A DNA stretch of 64,000 nucleotides from the human T2T-CHM13v2.0 reference genome, Homo sapiens, in the NCBI RefSeq assembly GCF_009914755.1, contig NC_060927.1; one strand, 5' to 3'. The translations under genes and the position numbers were made by a program. Numbering within the stretch: position 1 is the first letter of the stretch; every line of letters begins with the position of its first letter. This document shows, piece after piece, positions 34,869-49,159 of this stretch. The notes below the pieces were generated by a model, which saw only the letters and a program-made list of their open reading frames with translations, did not search any database and had not been told where the DNA came from.

Positions 34869-35964
34869 AGAAAAATACAATGTGTATATATACCCTAGGA
34901 GAGAATAAGTTGTGCATTCTACAGTAATTTAAGTGCTTCCTTATTCACTTCGAGGTTTTAAATTGAATATCATCCAAAAAAGCCACTATTCTATTTAAGG
35001 AACGAGGAGCCAAAAAATACTTGTAAGCTTATTGTTCTTTCTTCCTTTGTCTTTTTAAATAGACCAAAATGAAATCTTTATTTCATCTGTTTCCTATCCT
35101 GAGCTGTTTTCCATAAGAGTGGTCTCCAAAATATGGTATTTTTGACCCACGAAGTGTACATACACAAAAACACCATTTATAATTAATTTTTATCTTAGAA
35201 AAATGAATGGAAGCTAGTTTACTAATTTTTAACAAAGATTGGCAAGAGTCAAGTATATAATTCATAATGTAATCATTTATGGGAGTAGACACTAAGTGTG
35301 GGAGGTGTAATATTAAAAGTGTCCCATAGTTGCCTGTGGGTGGGAGTTGTTAAATATTCAAATTATCAGGGCTTTCCCCTAGAAATTCTGATTCAGTAGG
35401 ACTAAATTAGGTCCTAGGAATCTGTTTTTTAAAAAGAGCTCTAAGTGTTTCTTATTTTCAGCCAACTTCAGGAAGTTGGAAATACATCTTGACTTAGTCC
35501 TAAGTCCAGTTCTAAGTCCCATAGTACTGACTGATGCCTCACCTATCCTTAGACAACTAGAAAGATGGATTGTCCCAGGACTGAGCAGCAGAACTAAGCT
35601 CACCAATGACTCAGGGACTAGTGTCCAACTTACCTTATTTCTCATGCTTTGATTGGACCAAAAGCTAGCTTAGAGTAGTTGAATTTTCGGGGCAGTCATC
35701 TGTATGTCTAGAGTAATTTGGGAGCTTGCTACCTTGCTTACCTTGGGAGGTTTCAGTTGATCATTGTTTTAACCCATGAAGCTGTTCCCAAGAATCATTA
35801 CAGTGTTCCATGTATGTTAAATTCATGGCTGATCAATACCTTTATATTTACCCCATATTTAATGAATGCTTTAACATGGTGACATGTGGAAATGCAGAAA
35901 TTTCATGCCAAGGAAACTAGATGCCCTAAAATAAGATATTTATTCGAACTGTTAAAATACTAGA

Positions 35965-36142
35965 AGAAATAATAGCTAATGTCTTTTGAGCGCTTACTAG
36001 GTGCTAGGCACTGTTCCAAGCACTTTCTAGTACTGTATATTATTACTTCATCCTCACAACAATCCTATGAAGTAGGTGTTTTAGTATCCATTTTACAGAG
36101 GAATTGACTGATAGAGCAGAGAGGTTAAGTAACTTGCCCATT
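35965..36142 (-). mobile_element. MIR
   Basis: ttgagcgcttacta..tgctaggcactgttc...agagaggttaagtaacttgccca. Confidence 0.75.
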
Positions 36143-36760
36143 GTTGGTAGGATTTTTGTTTGCTTGATTGCTTAATTTGGGACCAACCTTAAATAACTTA
36201 GAAGATATTTATTTTCATAATGTTTGACTATAAGTGATGTTTTGACTGGACTGAATGATTATTTTAAAACTTGGTTTCTTCTACTACTTTCTTCTCTCAT
36301 AAAACAAGTAAAACCTCTTTTGTATATTTTAACCAGGAATGCAACGTGGCATATATAAATCACTTTATAATCTCAGCAAATTATGAAAGAATATGACAGT
36401 TTAATAAAAGCAAAGTGTTTGTAGCCACTTTGAATATGTAGCCTTGATTCATCTAATAAGTAACATTTCTGAAAATATGTTTTTTTAAATTCTGAAGCTT
36501 TGCTTTATAACTGCTACTACGTTTTTAATATCAGAGATTTTGTGAGCACAGAATTAAATTCTGGCAATTGCTTGTGTTTTGATTGATGTACAATACTCAG
36601 TTTTTTTTTTTCAACATTGCCAGTTTCTACATCTAGTTTTTTCTTAACGCTTTAAGCTCTATTTATGCATTTTTGAAAATAACACTTTTACTAGATATTC
36701 AGTTAATCTTTTTAAATTGTCAAATTCGATTCTCTGAACCATTTTAAAAAACAATACCTT

Positions 36761-37116
<356 letters not shown>

Positions 37117-37959
37117 CTATACAGATCTTATAAATCTAGATCTAATAAATGAGATTTATATATTCAGTAAACTAAGACTCATTGCATACAAACTTGTTAC
37201 AAATTTCATGTTATAATGACAAGTCCAAGCAGATTCTCTGAAAAACATTTCAAATATCTTTTTTTAAAAACCTAGAAAATGTATGGACAAATTCACAACT
37301 ATTGCCCAACTTAACAATACATCTTTATCTTAAATCTAAGCAAAGTAGAGGTTGGATTTACTTATTTATAGATTTATTTCTTTAACCTGTCATTTTTTTA
37401 ATCCCAGAACTGCAAATCTAATTATCCAACAAAGGGAAACAGAATCTCCATCTTCCAGCCTTCTACCACGATTTAGATTATATATTTGGGATCAGGACAG
37501 GAGACTTTTGTCTACCTGCCAGCCAGAGAGAGACTTTACATTTAGCAGACACCCCACGCCCCCTGCCCTACCATGCTCTCTTTTTCTTATCAGGCTCTTG
37601 CCTGCCATTGTTAAGAGAAATTTTATGAACCTTTATATAAATTTAACTGAACATTTAAGTTTCAGTTTTTTGCAACCTGGTTCTTTTCCTAGAAATGATG
37701 TGTCCTTTAGGTTACACGTCATCCCTATTTGGGATTTTCTAAGTCCAGTTATACAGATACTGCTGTATAACCTTTGGCATTAAAGCCTATTTGTGTTCAT
37801 GGGGTTTCGACACCCTACTTAGGTTACAATAGTAACCCTTTCTCTTTTATAATTTAATAGCTGCCTCACTGGCCATCAGTCATTTTATTGACAATGATGA
37901 TCAAGTTTAGTTTTTAACCCCTTTAAATTCACAGAGCCAAAATGATTTTTCTCTCCTAG

Positions 37960-38095
37960 GAATGCCAGAATCACCTCCGCAGATATGGAAATGTGAATCT
38001 GGAACTGGTGACTCGAATCATTAGAGATGGTGGCCCATGGGAAGATCCAGTGTTGCAAGCTGTCCTTAAAGCTCAGCCAGCATCTCAGGAGATAG
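37960..38095 (+). CDS. ZNF654: ZNF654 coding exon (136 nt; ECQNHLRRYGNVNLELVTRIIRDGGPWEDPVLQAVLKAQPASQEI)
   Basis: ctctcctag acceptor, G|gtact donor, open frame, phase 0 to 1. The GPWEDPVLQ motif resembles the RLF/ZNF292 N-terminal region. Too short to appear in the ORF track. Confidence 0.92.
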
Positions 38096-38509
38096 GTACT
38101 TCAGGAGATTCAAAATCAAACCAACATTTGTGAGAAGCAAATACACTTTCATTTACTAACTAGAGCAGTAATAGTAATTTTTCTTCATTTTATAATACTG
38201 AATAATGGGAGTGATGTATTTTCACATGAAAAGTGTTTGTTTTTCTAAACTGGCCCAAAGTGACTTCTGACACCCGGATCGGTACATTTATTTCTTGTAA
38301 TGGAAATTCTCAGTGGTAACACATCTACTAGATGTTATTTATTTACAGAGAGTGTATTTTTGTCACTTCAGTTATATTATTAAAATTTGTTTAAGTAGAA
38401 ACATCTTTTTTTTTTTTTTTTTTTTTTTAAGAAACAAAAAGTCTGCTTTTCATGAAAGCACATGGAATCTCACTTCCCTTACACAGGAAACTTAATGAGG
38501 GCTGGAACT

Positions 38510-38652
38510 CTGAATTTTTGTCACTACTACTGCATATCCTATAGCTAGCCCAGTGCTTGGTACAGAGTAGATGCTTAATATAAGTATTTGTTGATTGAAT
38601 GAATGACCACATGATGAATGTGTGAGTGAATAAGTGACTAACTGAATGAATA
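38510..38652 (+). mobile_element. L2 3' end
   Basis: cagtgcttggtacagagtagatgcttaatat...gaatgaatga tail. Confidence 0.7.
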
Positions 38653-38668
38653 AATTTGAATTCTAGAG

Positions 38669-39631
38669 CAGTATTTCCCAAACTTCATGCATTAGAAGTT
38701 TTGTCTTATACCCTTACTACCTGCATATTTCTTTGATATCACCTCCTGTCCAATCTGATTTAACAGCGGTCCTTTGTAGGCCAAAATTTCCTTTCAAGGC
38801 AGGAGGCTTTGTCAACTGCTGTTAATTCTTTTTTAAAATGTTCCCCATATCATTCCTGAACCTCAGAACATTTTGGATCACCAAAACTGTAGAATGTAAG
38901 CTCAGTAACAGTGAATAAGCACTAAAGTGTAGAAAACATTTAAAAGTGTGGAGAGAGCCAATGGAGTTTAGTTATGAGACAGCCAAGGGGAAAAAAACAA
39001 GACCTCCCAACCCTGGAACCAGTTAGACCTTGGTTTTGTGAAAAAGACATTTCATACCACAAATTTTGTTGAGCAGGTTATTTCTGTTAGTCACAGGCTA
39101 AGGGGTTAGGGTGGGTTGTGAATGCAGTTAAGTGGAGGAGGAGCTGTGAAGGGATGGGAGGTGGGACAAGACTAGGAGGATAGGGCTAAGGTATATGTGA
39201 CAGTGTTATGAAGAACCCAAGGGGTAAAAAGGACACTGGTGTTTGATGTGTGGATCTTGGAAAGGGAGTTAAAAAAAAAAACTAAAAGGGAGAGAGTTGT
39301 TGCTGAGGAGGAAGAGTTGGATTACTGAAGAAGTATGAAGAGTCAAATATAGGGAAGGCAAGGGTGACAGACTAGAGGAAATTATGAGGAGACTGCATGT
39401 GCCCAGAGGGGAAGAAGCTAGACAAAGACAGAGTTTCAAGAGAAATGAGGACAGGGGAGAAGAAAGTTTGAGCTTTTAAGGGATAGATTTAGGCTTCACT
39501 CGTAGGATCTAGAATAAACCTGTTGTTCGTTCGTCTGAGGGCTGATGGCCTTTTAGGCTGGGAATTACATTAAAATAATAAATACTCCTTTGATACCTAT
39601 ACTAGCATACCTCACACTTTGGGAAAAGCTG
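38669..39631. mobile_element. hAT element (MER113-like ends) with an unrelated internal segment
   Basis: TIRs cagtatttcccaaact / cactttgggaaaagctg and 8-bp TSD ttctagag / ctctagag. Confidence 0.65.
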
Positions 39632-39859
39632 CTCTAGAGCCTCATTGATATGGATGACTTTTCTCTAGTTGGTGATCATTAGGGGAAAGACCAGAGTGAA
39701 GTTATCTTTGCATTAACTATACAAATCAGTGTTTGCATATCATATATTGTAAACAGAATTGCAAGACAAATTTTTAAGTCAAAATAAAACATTTGTAAGC
39801 ACTTTAGAAGCTACTGATTAAATATAAGTAATTAAAATACTTCTGGATTCAAAATCATA

Positions 39860-40000
39860 AAAATACGGGTTCCAGTTCCTGCTCTGCCACTTAATTATTT
39901 GTCCTTGGGCAAGTCATTTGACCTCTCTGAGACTCAGTTTTGCAATCTATAAAGCTAGTATCATAATACCCATCATAAGGTTGTTGTTAGGTCTAAATAA
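39860..40000 (+). mobile_element. MIR
   Basis: ctctgccactt...ccttgggcaagtcatttgacctctctgagactcagttt. Confidence 0.75.
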
Positions 40001-40633
40001 ATTTATTTAGCTAATGGTGTTTATATATTTTAAAATTGTGTAAAGTATTAATTAGTAATTATCCTTAGTAATACATAAATGTATATTAATAAGCAGTCCT
40101 ATTTGGCACTACTTTTGGATTAATTTTATCTTTAAATAAAATATATTTTTCTTGTGATTCAGCTTTTTCATTAATTCAGATTACATCTCTATAATTAATG
40201 TGAACTAACATGGTTTTAATGTGACAGATTAGGATTCAGCCTTTTAATCTTAAAGAAAATATTGAGCAGTAAGAAGATAAAGTATGTAATCTTAGACTAA
40301 AAAGACATAGACCCATGTTACTTGGAACATATTTTAACATATTAATGAACTGAAAGAAGAAAAAAAATTTTTTTTTAAATTTTGTTTCTGTTATTTACTT
40401 TTTAGACTAAGAAATCAACAAATATTTCTTGAGCACTGTTTTGGTGTCACTCTTATTTTCCTTTTTCCAACCATATAACTGAATATTTTCACAAATAAAC
40501 TCCTACTAAGGAAAATGCTATTTAAGTAGTTAAATCTAATTAGAAACCATATTTTAGTGGTAAAGTTTCAAAGAACAAAGTTTGAGAGAATCTTTTCTTG
40601 AGAGTAATAGAGTCTGTTTTCTTTTTAATATAG

Positions 40634-40836
40634 TGAACAAATATTTAAGTTCTGAAAATCCACTGTTCTTTGAACTACGTGCCAGATACCTAATTGCTTG
40701 TGAACGCATACCCGAAGCAATGGCTCTTATTAAATCTTGTATAAATCACCCAGAAATCAGTAAAGACTTATACTTCCATCAAGCACTCTTCACATGTCTG
40801 TTTATGTCACCTGTAGAAGATCAGCTATTCCGGGAG
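40634..40836 (+). CDS. ZNF654: ZNF654 coding exon (203 nt; VNKYLSSENPLFFELRARYLIACERIPEA...EDQLFRE)
   Basis: tttttaatatag acceptor, GAG|gtattg donor, phase 1 to 0. Core of ORF 40582..41010. Confidence 0.93.
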
Positions 40837-41513
40837 GTATTGTTTGAGACTATTTTTGCCTATTACCATTTTAACCCTACCAAAAAAAAACCAAAAAAAA
40901 AAAGTAGCCCACTGTTGTTGTTAAATTCCTTTTACAGTAATGCCAAAGATTTAAGGATTACATTATCTGGATGTGTTTTCTTTTGGCACCATAACTTAAG
41001 GTCATGTTGAATTAGTCAAAATCTGATATTAACAAATGATGAAATCAATAAAATATACTCATTAATAAGTATTATTCACATTGCACTTTTGATGTGATGG
41101 AGAAGAGGTCAAATAAAAGTCAACAAGCTCACAGCTTGCCAGGAGTAAAAAAAAAAAAAAAAAAAAAAAAAACCCAAGAAGCATTATGATCTTGCCTTGA
41201 AAATAAAGTACTAGAGGTAAAATGCTCATGTTTATTTTGTTTCTTAAGGTGAAGGAATTAATCTTTTCCTAATATGGATCGTATGTACCTATAGGTTGTG
41301 GACATTAATGAGATTAAAAGTAGTCATTGTAAAATGTAGGTGCTGTACAGTGAAACTATGAAACCATGAAAATATTTCTGTACAAGTCATCATTGTCTTT
41401 GTAGAAGAAAACTAGAAATCTAAGCAATTTCTCTTGAATGTTTAAACATTTATTGCAACTAGCTTCTTAGATATTTTTAATTATATGAACTGATTTCTCT
41501 TTTCCTCTTACAG

Positions 41514-41653
41514 CATTTATTGAAAACTGATTGTAAGAGTGGAATTGATATCATCTGTAATGCTGAAAAAGAAGGCAAAACTATGTTAGCCTTGCAACTC
41601 TGTGAATCCTTTCTTATTCCACAGCTCCAGAATGGGGATATGTACTGTATCTG
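41514..41653 (+). CDS. ZNF654: ZNF654 coding exon (140 nt; HLLKTDCKSGIDIICNAEKEGKTMLALQLCESFLIPQLQNGDMYCIW)
   Basis: ttttcctcttacag acceptor, TG|gtaagt donor, phase 0 to 2. Confidence 0.93.
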
Positions 41654-42270
41654 GTAAGTGTTTGTAAATAAAGAAATTGAAATGGTAAGATGGGCAACAG
41701 AAAGGAAATTGCAGTTTGAACTTTGTTTTTTACATTGTATGAAAATGTCAAGCTACTTTTAAAAAAAAATTGATTGTGCAAGGAACAATAGTAGATTCTA
41801 AGAACTAGAGACTTTAAAAAGAAATGATAATGTGCCACTAAACTGATAGTGTAAATGTTTAAGGGATGTGCTATAATGAAACAGTGGTTTGAAATTAAAT
41901 TTTAATTTGGAGTCTGAGTTTTTAAAACATTTAAAAGTTGCTAGTAGAATATATGAAGCAGCAGGTTTACCTAGCAATCATGTAATTTAAAATGTAATAT
42001 GAGTGTTTTTAGGTAGCTAAAATAAAAACACTCTTCAGGGGCTATTAAGAATTTCTGTTTCCTCAGCTCCAGTACACCCATATACACACATACACACACA
42101 AAACTCTTACCACTTTGCTGTTTCATTAATTCTTAACAGAAAACTAGGTTTTATTTGCTAAACATAATCTGAAATGATCATGGGCTATAAACATTTTTTT
42201 AAATTCTCAATTAAATTAATAGCTTGAAGGCATATAGCTGCAAATCATAATACTTCAATATTCTTGGTTA

Positions 42271-42587
42271 TTTTTTGTTTTTGTTTTTGTTTTTTGGAGA
42301 CAGGGTTTCACTGTGTCTCTCAGGCTAGAATACAGTGGTGCGATCATGGCTCACTGCAGCCTCAACTTCTGGGCTCAAGTGATTTTCCCGCCTCAGCCTC
42401 CTCAGTAGCTGGGACTACAGATGTGTGCAACCATGCCCAGCTAATTTTTTTTTTTTTTTTTTTTTGGTAGAGATGGGGATTCATTGTTTTGCCCAGGCCG
42501 GTTTGGAACTCCTTGGGCTCAAGTAAATCTGCCCTCCTCAGCCTCCCAAAGTGCTGGGATTATAGGCATGAGCCACTGTGCCTGGCC
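42271..42587 (-). mobile_element. AluJ
   Basis: Reverse Alu with J-type diagnostics (gatcatggctcactgcagcctcaac, gggctcaag). Confidence 0.9.
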
Positions 42588-42815
42588 CTATTCTTGTTTT
42601 ATAGATTAAAATCTTCAAACTCAGAGATAAGAGTCAAATAGCTAGTTAGGAGGAGACCTGGATCTGGAAACAGGTAAATTTGTTTTCTAGGGGTTACAGT
42701 ATACCTTTAGTTAGATTATGCTAATTTTTATTTAAAATTATACCATGTAAATTGGAATTTCAAATAGAGAAAGGGATTAGGAGGTAGTGGTAAGACATAC
42801 ACACACCTTTATATA

Positions 42816-43152
42816 CAGTTATGCAGCACTTAATGATGGGGATATATTCTAAGTAATATGTCAATAGGCAGTTTCCTTGTGTGAATATTGTAGAGATACA
42901 AACCTAGATGGTATATCCTACTGCACATCTGGGCTATATGATGTAGCCTGTTGCTCCTAGGCTACAAACCTGTATGGCAGTGTTACTGTACTGAATGCTG
43001 TAGGCAATTATAACACAATGGTAAGTATTTGTCTATGCAGACATATCTAAATATAGAAAAAGTATAGTAAAAATGATATTATAATCTTGTGTGACCACTG
43101 TTGTATACGCAGTCTTCTGTTCACTGAAATGTTGTTACACTGCGTATAACTG
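42816..43152. mobile_element. Tigger3a/MER7-like non-autonomous DNA transposon
   Basis: TA|cagttatgc ... gtataactg|TA termini with TA duplication. Confidence 0.8.
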
Positions 43153-46100
43153 TAGTTTTTGAAGTATTATCATTTTTTGACATGTGGTTATTTGGAAACT
43201 GAAAATAGTCATGACAGTTATAATAGATCTTTTCCTATGGGAATAGAAATGTTCTCTGCCCTGAGCTATATCACACTATTTAAACAGGGTATCTTTAGTT
43301 CTTTCATTGTAATATACTCATAAATAAACTAGAAACAAGTATACACAAACACACACACAAACCCAGAAAAACACATTTTATTTTCTTATTCTCTTGGTAA
43401 CCCATTTCTACTCTTTAGGGAAGGACCTAAATATTATAATGCCTGTCTTCTGGCTCCTGGCCACAGAAACCTTCTAAGAATAGAGGCTCAGTGTCTCCAG
43501 CTGCCTAACCAAAAAGGAGTCTTTAGCCTTCTTTTTGTCCCTTCCTTCTAAATAGCGTGGGTTATGATGGCCTACCCTCTTATTTCTTCTACCTCTTTTC
43601 TATATTTCTGAATGTTAAGGTCCCTTTTCTTCCTATTAAAAGTTAATTTTTACTGTAATTTGATGAGCAGGATTTTTTTTCAGCCTCCAAAGTCTATGCT
43701 GTCTGTTTCATCCTGGCCTAGCCTATGAGTCAGCTTGTCATTTATCTCCCCTCTGTGTGAACAGAACCAGATCCACAGTTTTGCTGTATCCCAAACCAAT
43801 GGGGCAAGTTGCTAAGCCCCTTTCTCCTTCACAATCATTAATAATAATAATAGCTGCAAATGTTTGCTGAGTGCTTCCTATATTCTTTGCTTTATATATG
43901 CACATGTCATTTAACCCAACAAGCTTATGGAAATAATACTGTGTTCAAGCCATTCAATATTGTGTTCAAGCCATTCAGCTAGTAAGTAGTGAAGCCAGGA
44001 TTCAAACTTAGGCAGTCTTCCAGCCTCTGCTATATTAAAATTACTTAAAATAAATGGGTCAAGTTTGAAAAAAAAAATTCTGTATTGTAAGGGTGACTGA
44101 CGTCATTATATAGGCTTTTTCCAGAAAGTAGATGACTTAATGGTAATATTAGTAGTTAATAGGGTCTTTTATTAGCTAGTTACCTGGGAAATGCGTTTGT
44201 ACACTGAATGAGTGCTGTGTTTTCTAATGCACACATTGAATAAAGGAAAACGTGTATAAGCTTCATTAAACCTGCCCTTTTGGTCTTCTAAAAGAAGACT
44301 GTCAATGGTTTTCAGGATTTTTTTGTTGTTGGTTTTTGTTTTCCTTCAGAATCCACTGTACAACTAAAACCTCAGATCCCATGTTTTAAATCCAATCAAA
44401 ATGGAGCTTCATAACACTATCCTAAGATTTCTGCTTTGCCTGCTTTAAAGCAAAAATCCATAGTGGTAGTCTTCTCTTGGCAAACTTATTAGGATATTGC
44501 AGTGTACCTATTACAGGCTTTCAACATTTAGGGGAAGTACATGCCAGACACTTCACCTAGGTGTTTCAATTATCTCTCTTAATTCTTTTAATAAAGATGC
44601 TGAATAGGAATAATCCCAACCTTTATGTGTAAGAAAACTGTATATAAAATAGATAACAGTCATACAGCTAGTAAGAAATGGAGTTGGAATTTGTACTAGT
44701 TAGTTTGCAAGTGATAGCATCTGTGCCTAAATAGGAAAACATTTAGGGTGCAGTATGAGCTACATGAAAGCTACATGGAAGGCCACAGGTAGTTCTCAAA
44801 GATAACTGCTACCAGGGACACTGATACTGCTAATGTTTTTCAAAATCTGTTTCTTTTCTGTCATTTGGCTTCAGCCTCTCTTGCTGTAGACCAGCAGGAA
44901 CATCAACAAACCCCAAGCTTAATAGTTTAGAGTTGAGAACATTCCAGAGATTCTGACTAGCCTGACTGGGATCACTTTCCCGCCCCTGAATTAATATCTG
45001 AAGGGGAATGCAGAGGAGGGTCACATAGGAGACATGGCCACTGGTTTTCTACCTTTGTGTTTTAGGGCTTTTCCTAGAAAAGCATGGCTCATTGAATTGG
45101 GTGTGCCACTCCAATCACTGTATAATGCTGTATTGAGATTTAGGTCTCTCTTATTTCCAATTCCATGTTCTTGCCACTGCATCCACTAAACAATGTGTCA
45201 TTGTGTATACTTACAGTATATTAATGGTTGGGGAAATAGGTAGGATCGATAAAATATAACAAGGAAGCATATGATAGGCATGAAATCAGTAAGAGGGATC
45301 TTTTCTGAAGTGTAGGTATCACTTTAGTTTGGGGTATTCATGAAGGCTTTCCTGAAGAGATACTTGATAGGGCCTTTGAAAGATAAGTTCATCTTAGGAA
45401 TGAAGTACTTTCCAAATATAGCAGTCAGCATAAACAAAAGTGAGAATAAATGAAGCAGTTTAGCTGAGAGTTAGGAGTTCCTGAGATTCAAATCCTGAAA
45501 CTCCTAACTCTACAACCCACATTTCTATTGCTGTTAACTTTATAGCATAAGCACTAAATGAAATATGATCACAGAGGCTGAAAACAGATCAGGTTAGAAA
45601 CCACTGTAGAAATACATGTGTAAAATTAAAGGGCCTAAAAGGGTAACATTGAGAAAGAATGATAAAGCTGAGAGCAAAAGTATACTTGAAATGTAAAGAC
45701 ACTGCAAGATAAACAGATTAGAACCAGACCAGAATAGAGGAATGTTTCGTGTCACTGCCTGATCTAGGAAAAGATTATCAGTTTTGCAGGAATATGATTA
45801 GTTCTGAGTGGGTTCAGGTGATGGAAAGCAATATAAATTGAAACACCCAGGCATGAAAACTGGAAAGCAGTAAAAGCTAGAGATGTGGTAGGAAGGTATG
45901 AAACCTTGTGAGAGTTCTAAAAGAGTGTGAGTTAAAAAAAAAAAAGGTGGGGGGTAGTGGACTGAAACTTAATAAATAGCTAGTATGAAATGGAATTGGA
46001 ATTTTGGTTTTACTACTCATATGTTGCTTGCTGTCATTTTCTGTTTTTGTCTGAGTACACTATGTGCACCCTCATGATGGTAATCAAGCTGTCCTTAGAT

Positions 46101-46890
46101 TTAATACCTGTATGTGCTGAGTTCAAAGTATATGCTCATCACTTTTAAAAAATATTTTCATTAATTATTTTAATACTTTTAGATTATGATGCTTTGTACA
46201 CTTTTATGACATGTTTTAAAGAATTCTAATTTGCTAAAATGTGACATCCAAATATATCAGCTCTATCATATGATTTGCCTTTGCCTAAAAACCCACCGCT
46301 CCTAGCCTTGTGCATCAAATAACAGTGGTCATATTTGAGAAAAGAATCTACCTATGAAATAGTTCAAATGGTCCATAACCTGTCTGTTTTAAAAGTACGA
46401 TATCTGAAACATACTATTTCAGAATCAATACTATACTTACAGTTTTAATCGTTAGTACTTTTGATATCTTAATAAATTGAAAATGAAAAATATGAACCAT
46501 TTCTTTATAGAGAGTCTACAACATTGTTTTCTAAATTTACAAGTAAAATATTAATTAAAGGCCAAAGTTTATTATTTTTAAGTAATATCAGTATTGGCAC
46601 ATTAGGATTAGAATTTCTGTTTTGATCTGATACTGGAGACATCTTAGGTATGCCAACATATTGTTGGAATTCATTCCTTACTACTGTATATTTGTGATTT
46701 CTGATATTTCTTCCTCTCCCAACTTGTTTTAGTCTCATATAGGTAGAAGAAGTAGTTTGGGGGTGAACGTAATACATATTTACACTCATATACATCCCAG
46801 CCAGGGCACTATAGAATCAGGGAAAGATAGCTAATGTCTGTATTTGAATAAACTGTATTTTTGATAATTCTCTTTTTTTCTCATTTACAG

Positions 46891-47032
46891 GGAGTTGATT
46901 TTCATATGGAGTAAACTACAGCTTAAATCTAATCCTTCAAAACAAGTTTTTGTAGATCAATGCTACCAGCTTTTAAGAACAGCAACTAATGTGAGAGTCA
47001 TATTTCCTTTCATGAAAATCATCAAAGATGAG
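46891..47032 (+). CDS. ZNF654: ZNF654 coding exon (142 nt; ELIFIWSKLQLKSNPSKQVFVDQCYQLLRTATNVRVIFPFMKIIKDE)
   Basis: ttttctcatttacag acceptor, GAG|gtaaat donor, phase 2 to 0. Confidence 0.93.
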
Positions 47033-48690
47033 GTAAATAGGATATATTTGTCCCTTAAATTTAAAATTGAGTGACAGTTCACTGAAACTTGAATCTCTTT
47101 TGATAAAATTTATTTGATTTTAAAACTGAAGGAAAGGAGGATTTTAAGGCCACATTCTCCATACATTACATTCTCCTCTGCCCTAACTCCAAACTCTCAA
47201 CATGGGAGGCTGATTTATTGTTACTTAAAATTTAACATGGAAGCAATTGCTTCCATTACAACCTTTTTTCTTATAATTAAATATTTGTTACTTTCAATAT
47301 TATCCTAAATCCCATTTATAGAATCTTAACTAATTTGCAAATAAACTTGGTGTATCTATCGATAATACCACTTCACTGTCACAGAGAAACTTAGTTCCAG
47401 TTTTAGGTCTGCTGTTTACGTGTAAGGGAACAATGAATTCTGAGGTGTTTTTGAAACTTAAGGACAAAGTTTTTAAATTGTTTATTTGAAGTAATTGTAA
47501 AAATGTGTTACCTCTTTCTAAAAATAGTCCTGAGTCAAGTTTTACTTGGGCCACTTGCAAGTAAGTACAATCCTACATGAGTCTTACGTAGACATGAAAG
47601 TGGATCCTGCAGATCTTTTAGTTTTTCCCCCAAAATATCAATAAGACTTCGAGTATAAAGATTAAAGCCACTTTACATTTTAGGTAGCACCATTAAACTG
47701 AATCTCTATGTTGGTTACTTTTAAATATATAAGGAGGTATCTATTAAATAATACATTTTAATTTTTTTATGTATTTATGCATTTATTACATTCATTATCA
47801 CATCACTCATTAGATGTATGATCATGTAGTGATCATATTCCCATGATAATTTCGCTAACTGCATTTATGGTATGCTTATTAAATAGTGAAATATCATTCA
47901 AATGCATTCTCAAAGTAAACTCCTTCCAGCAAAAGAGGAAAACTATGTTACAGAACACGTCTTAACATTTGATGTGCATCAGAATCACCTGTAAAACTTA
48001 ATTTTAAACAATAAAGATGTATCCATATTTTTGTACATATGAATCTTATTGGTACCAAAAATTGAGATATATTATTATAGAAAGTTTACAGTGTGAGGTT
48101 TTGCCAGTCATCACAGAGCTTTCTTATTTTCATATGTGGGGTAAACCTGCAAATATATTATAAAAGGAAAATTCAAAGATGAAATAAGTATTAAAAATAT
48201 GATGCTTAATAGTTTATACTCTACTAAAAAGACTTTTATTTGTTGGAATAAATCATTCAATTGCCTCAGTACTATGAAGAGTCATAAATACTGTGTGAGT
48301 TCAGGAGACATAGATGGCATATCTAAAAAGGGTTCACAGAGGAAATAATTTCAGCTGAGTTTTCAATGACATGAGGGTAGTACTAACATTTGTAGAGAAT
48401 TTTGTAGTTTACAGAGCACTTTTTCCTCATTTTATTATTTGTTTTTCACAACCATCTGGTGACATTAAAGGGTAGCAGAGAAATATGGGGAAGTGGGTGG
48501 GGGATGAGACTAATGGCAGAGACTGTGTGTGTTAGGAGGAGTGGTTGTCGGAGATACTTAAAGGGATTTGAATGCAACAGTTCATTCATTTCATTGAACA
48601 AATTGAAAATTCATAAATATCCTGGAACCATCAAAAGATTTCAGGTAAGGAAGCAGCCTGTTCTCTTTTTGGATGATCTTAACATTTTTA

Positions 48691-49159
<469 letters not shown>

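Noticed and set aside
37352-37783. 143-aa intronic ORF
   Set aside because: TTG start, low-information composition, no domain and no fit to the ZNF654 exon phases.
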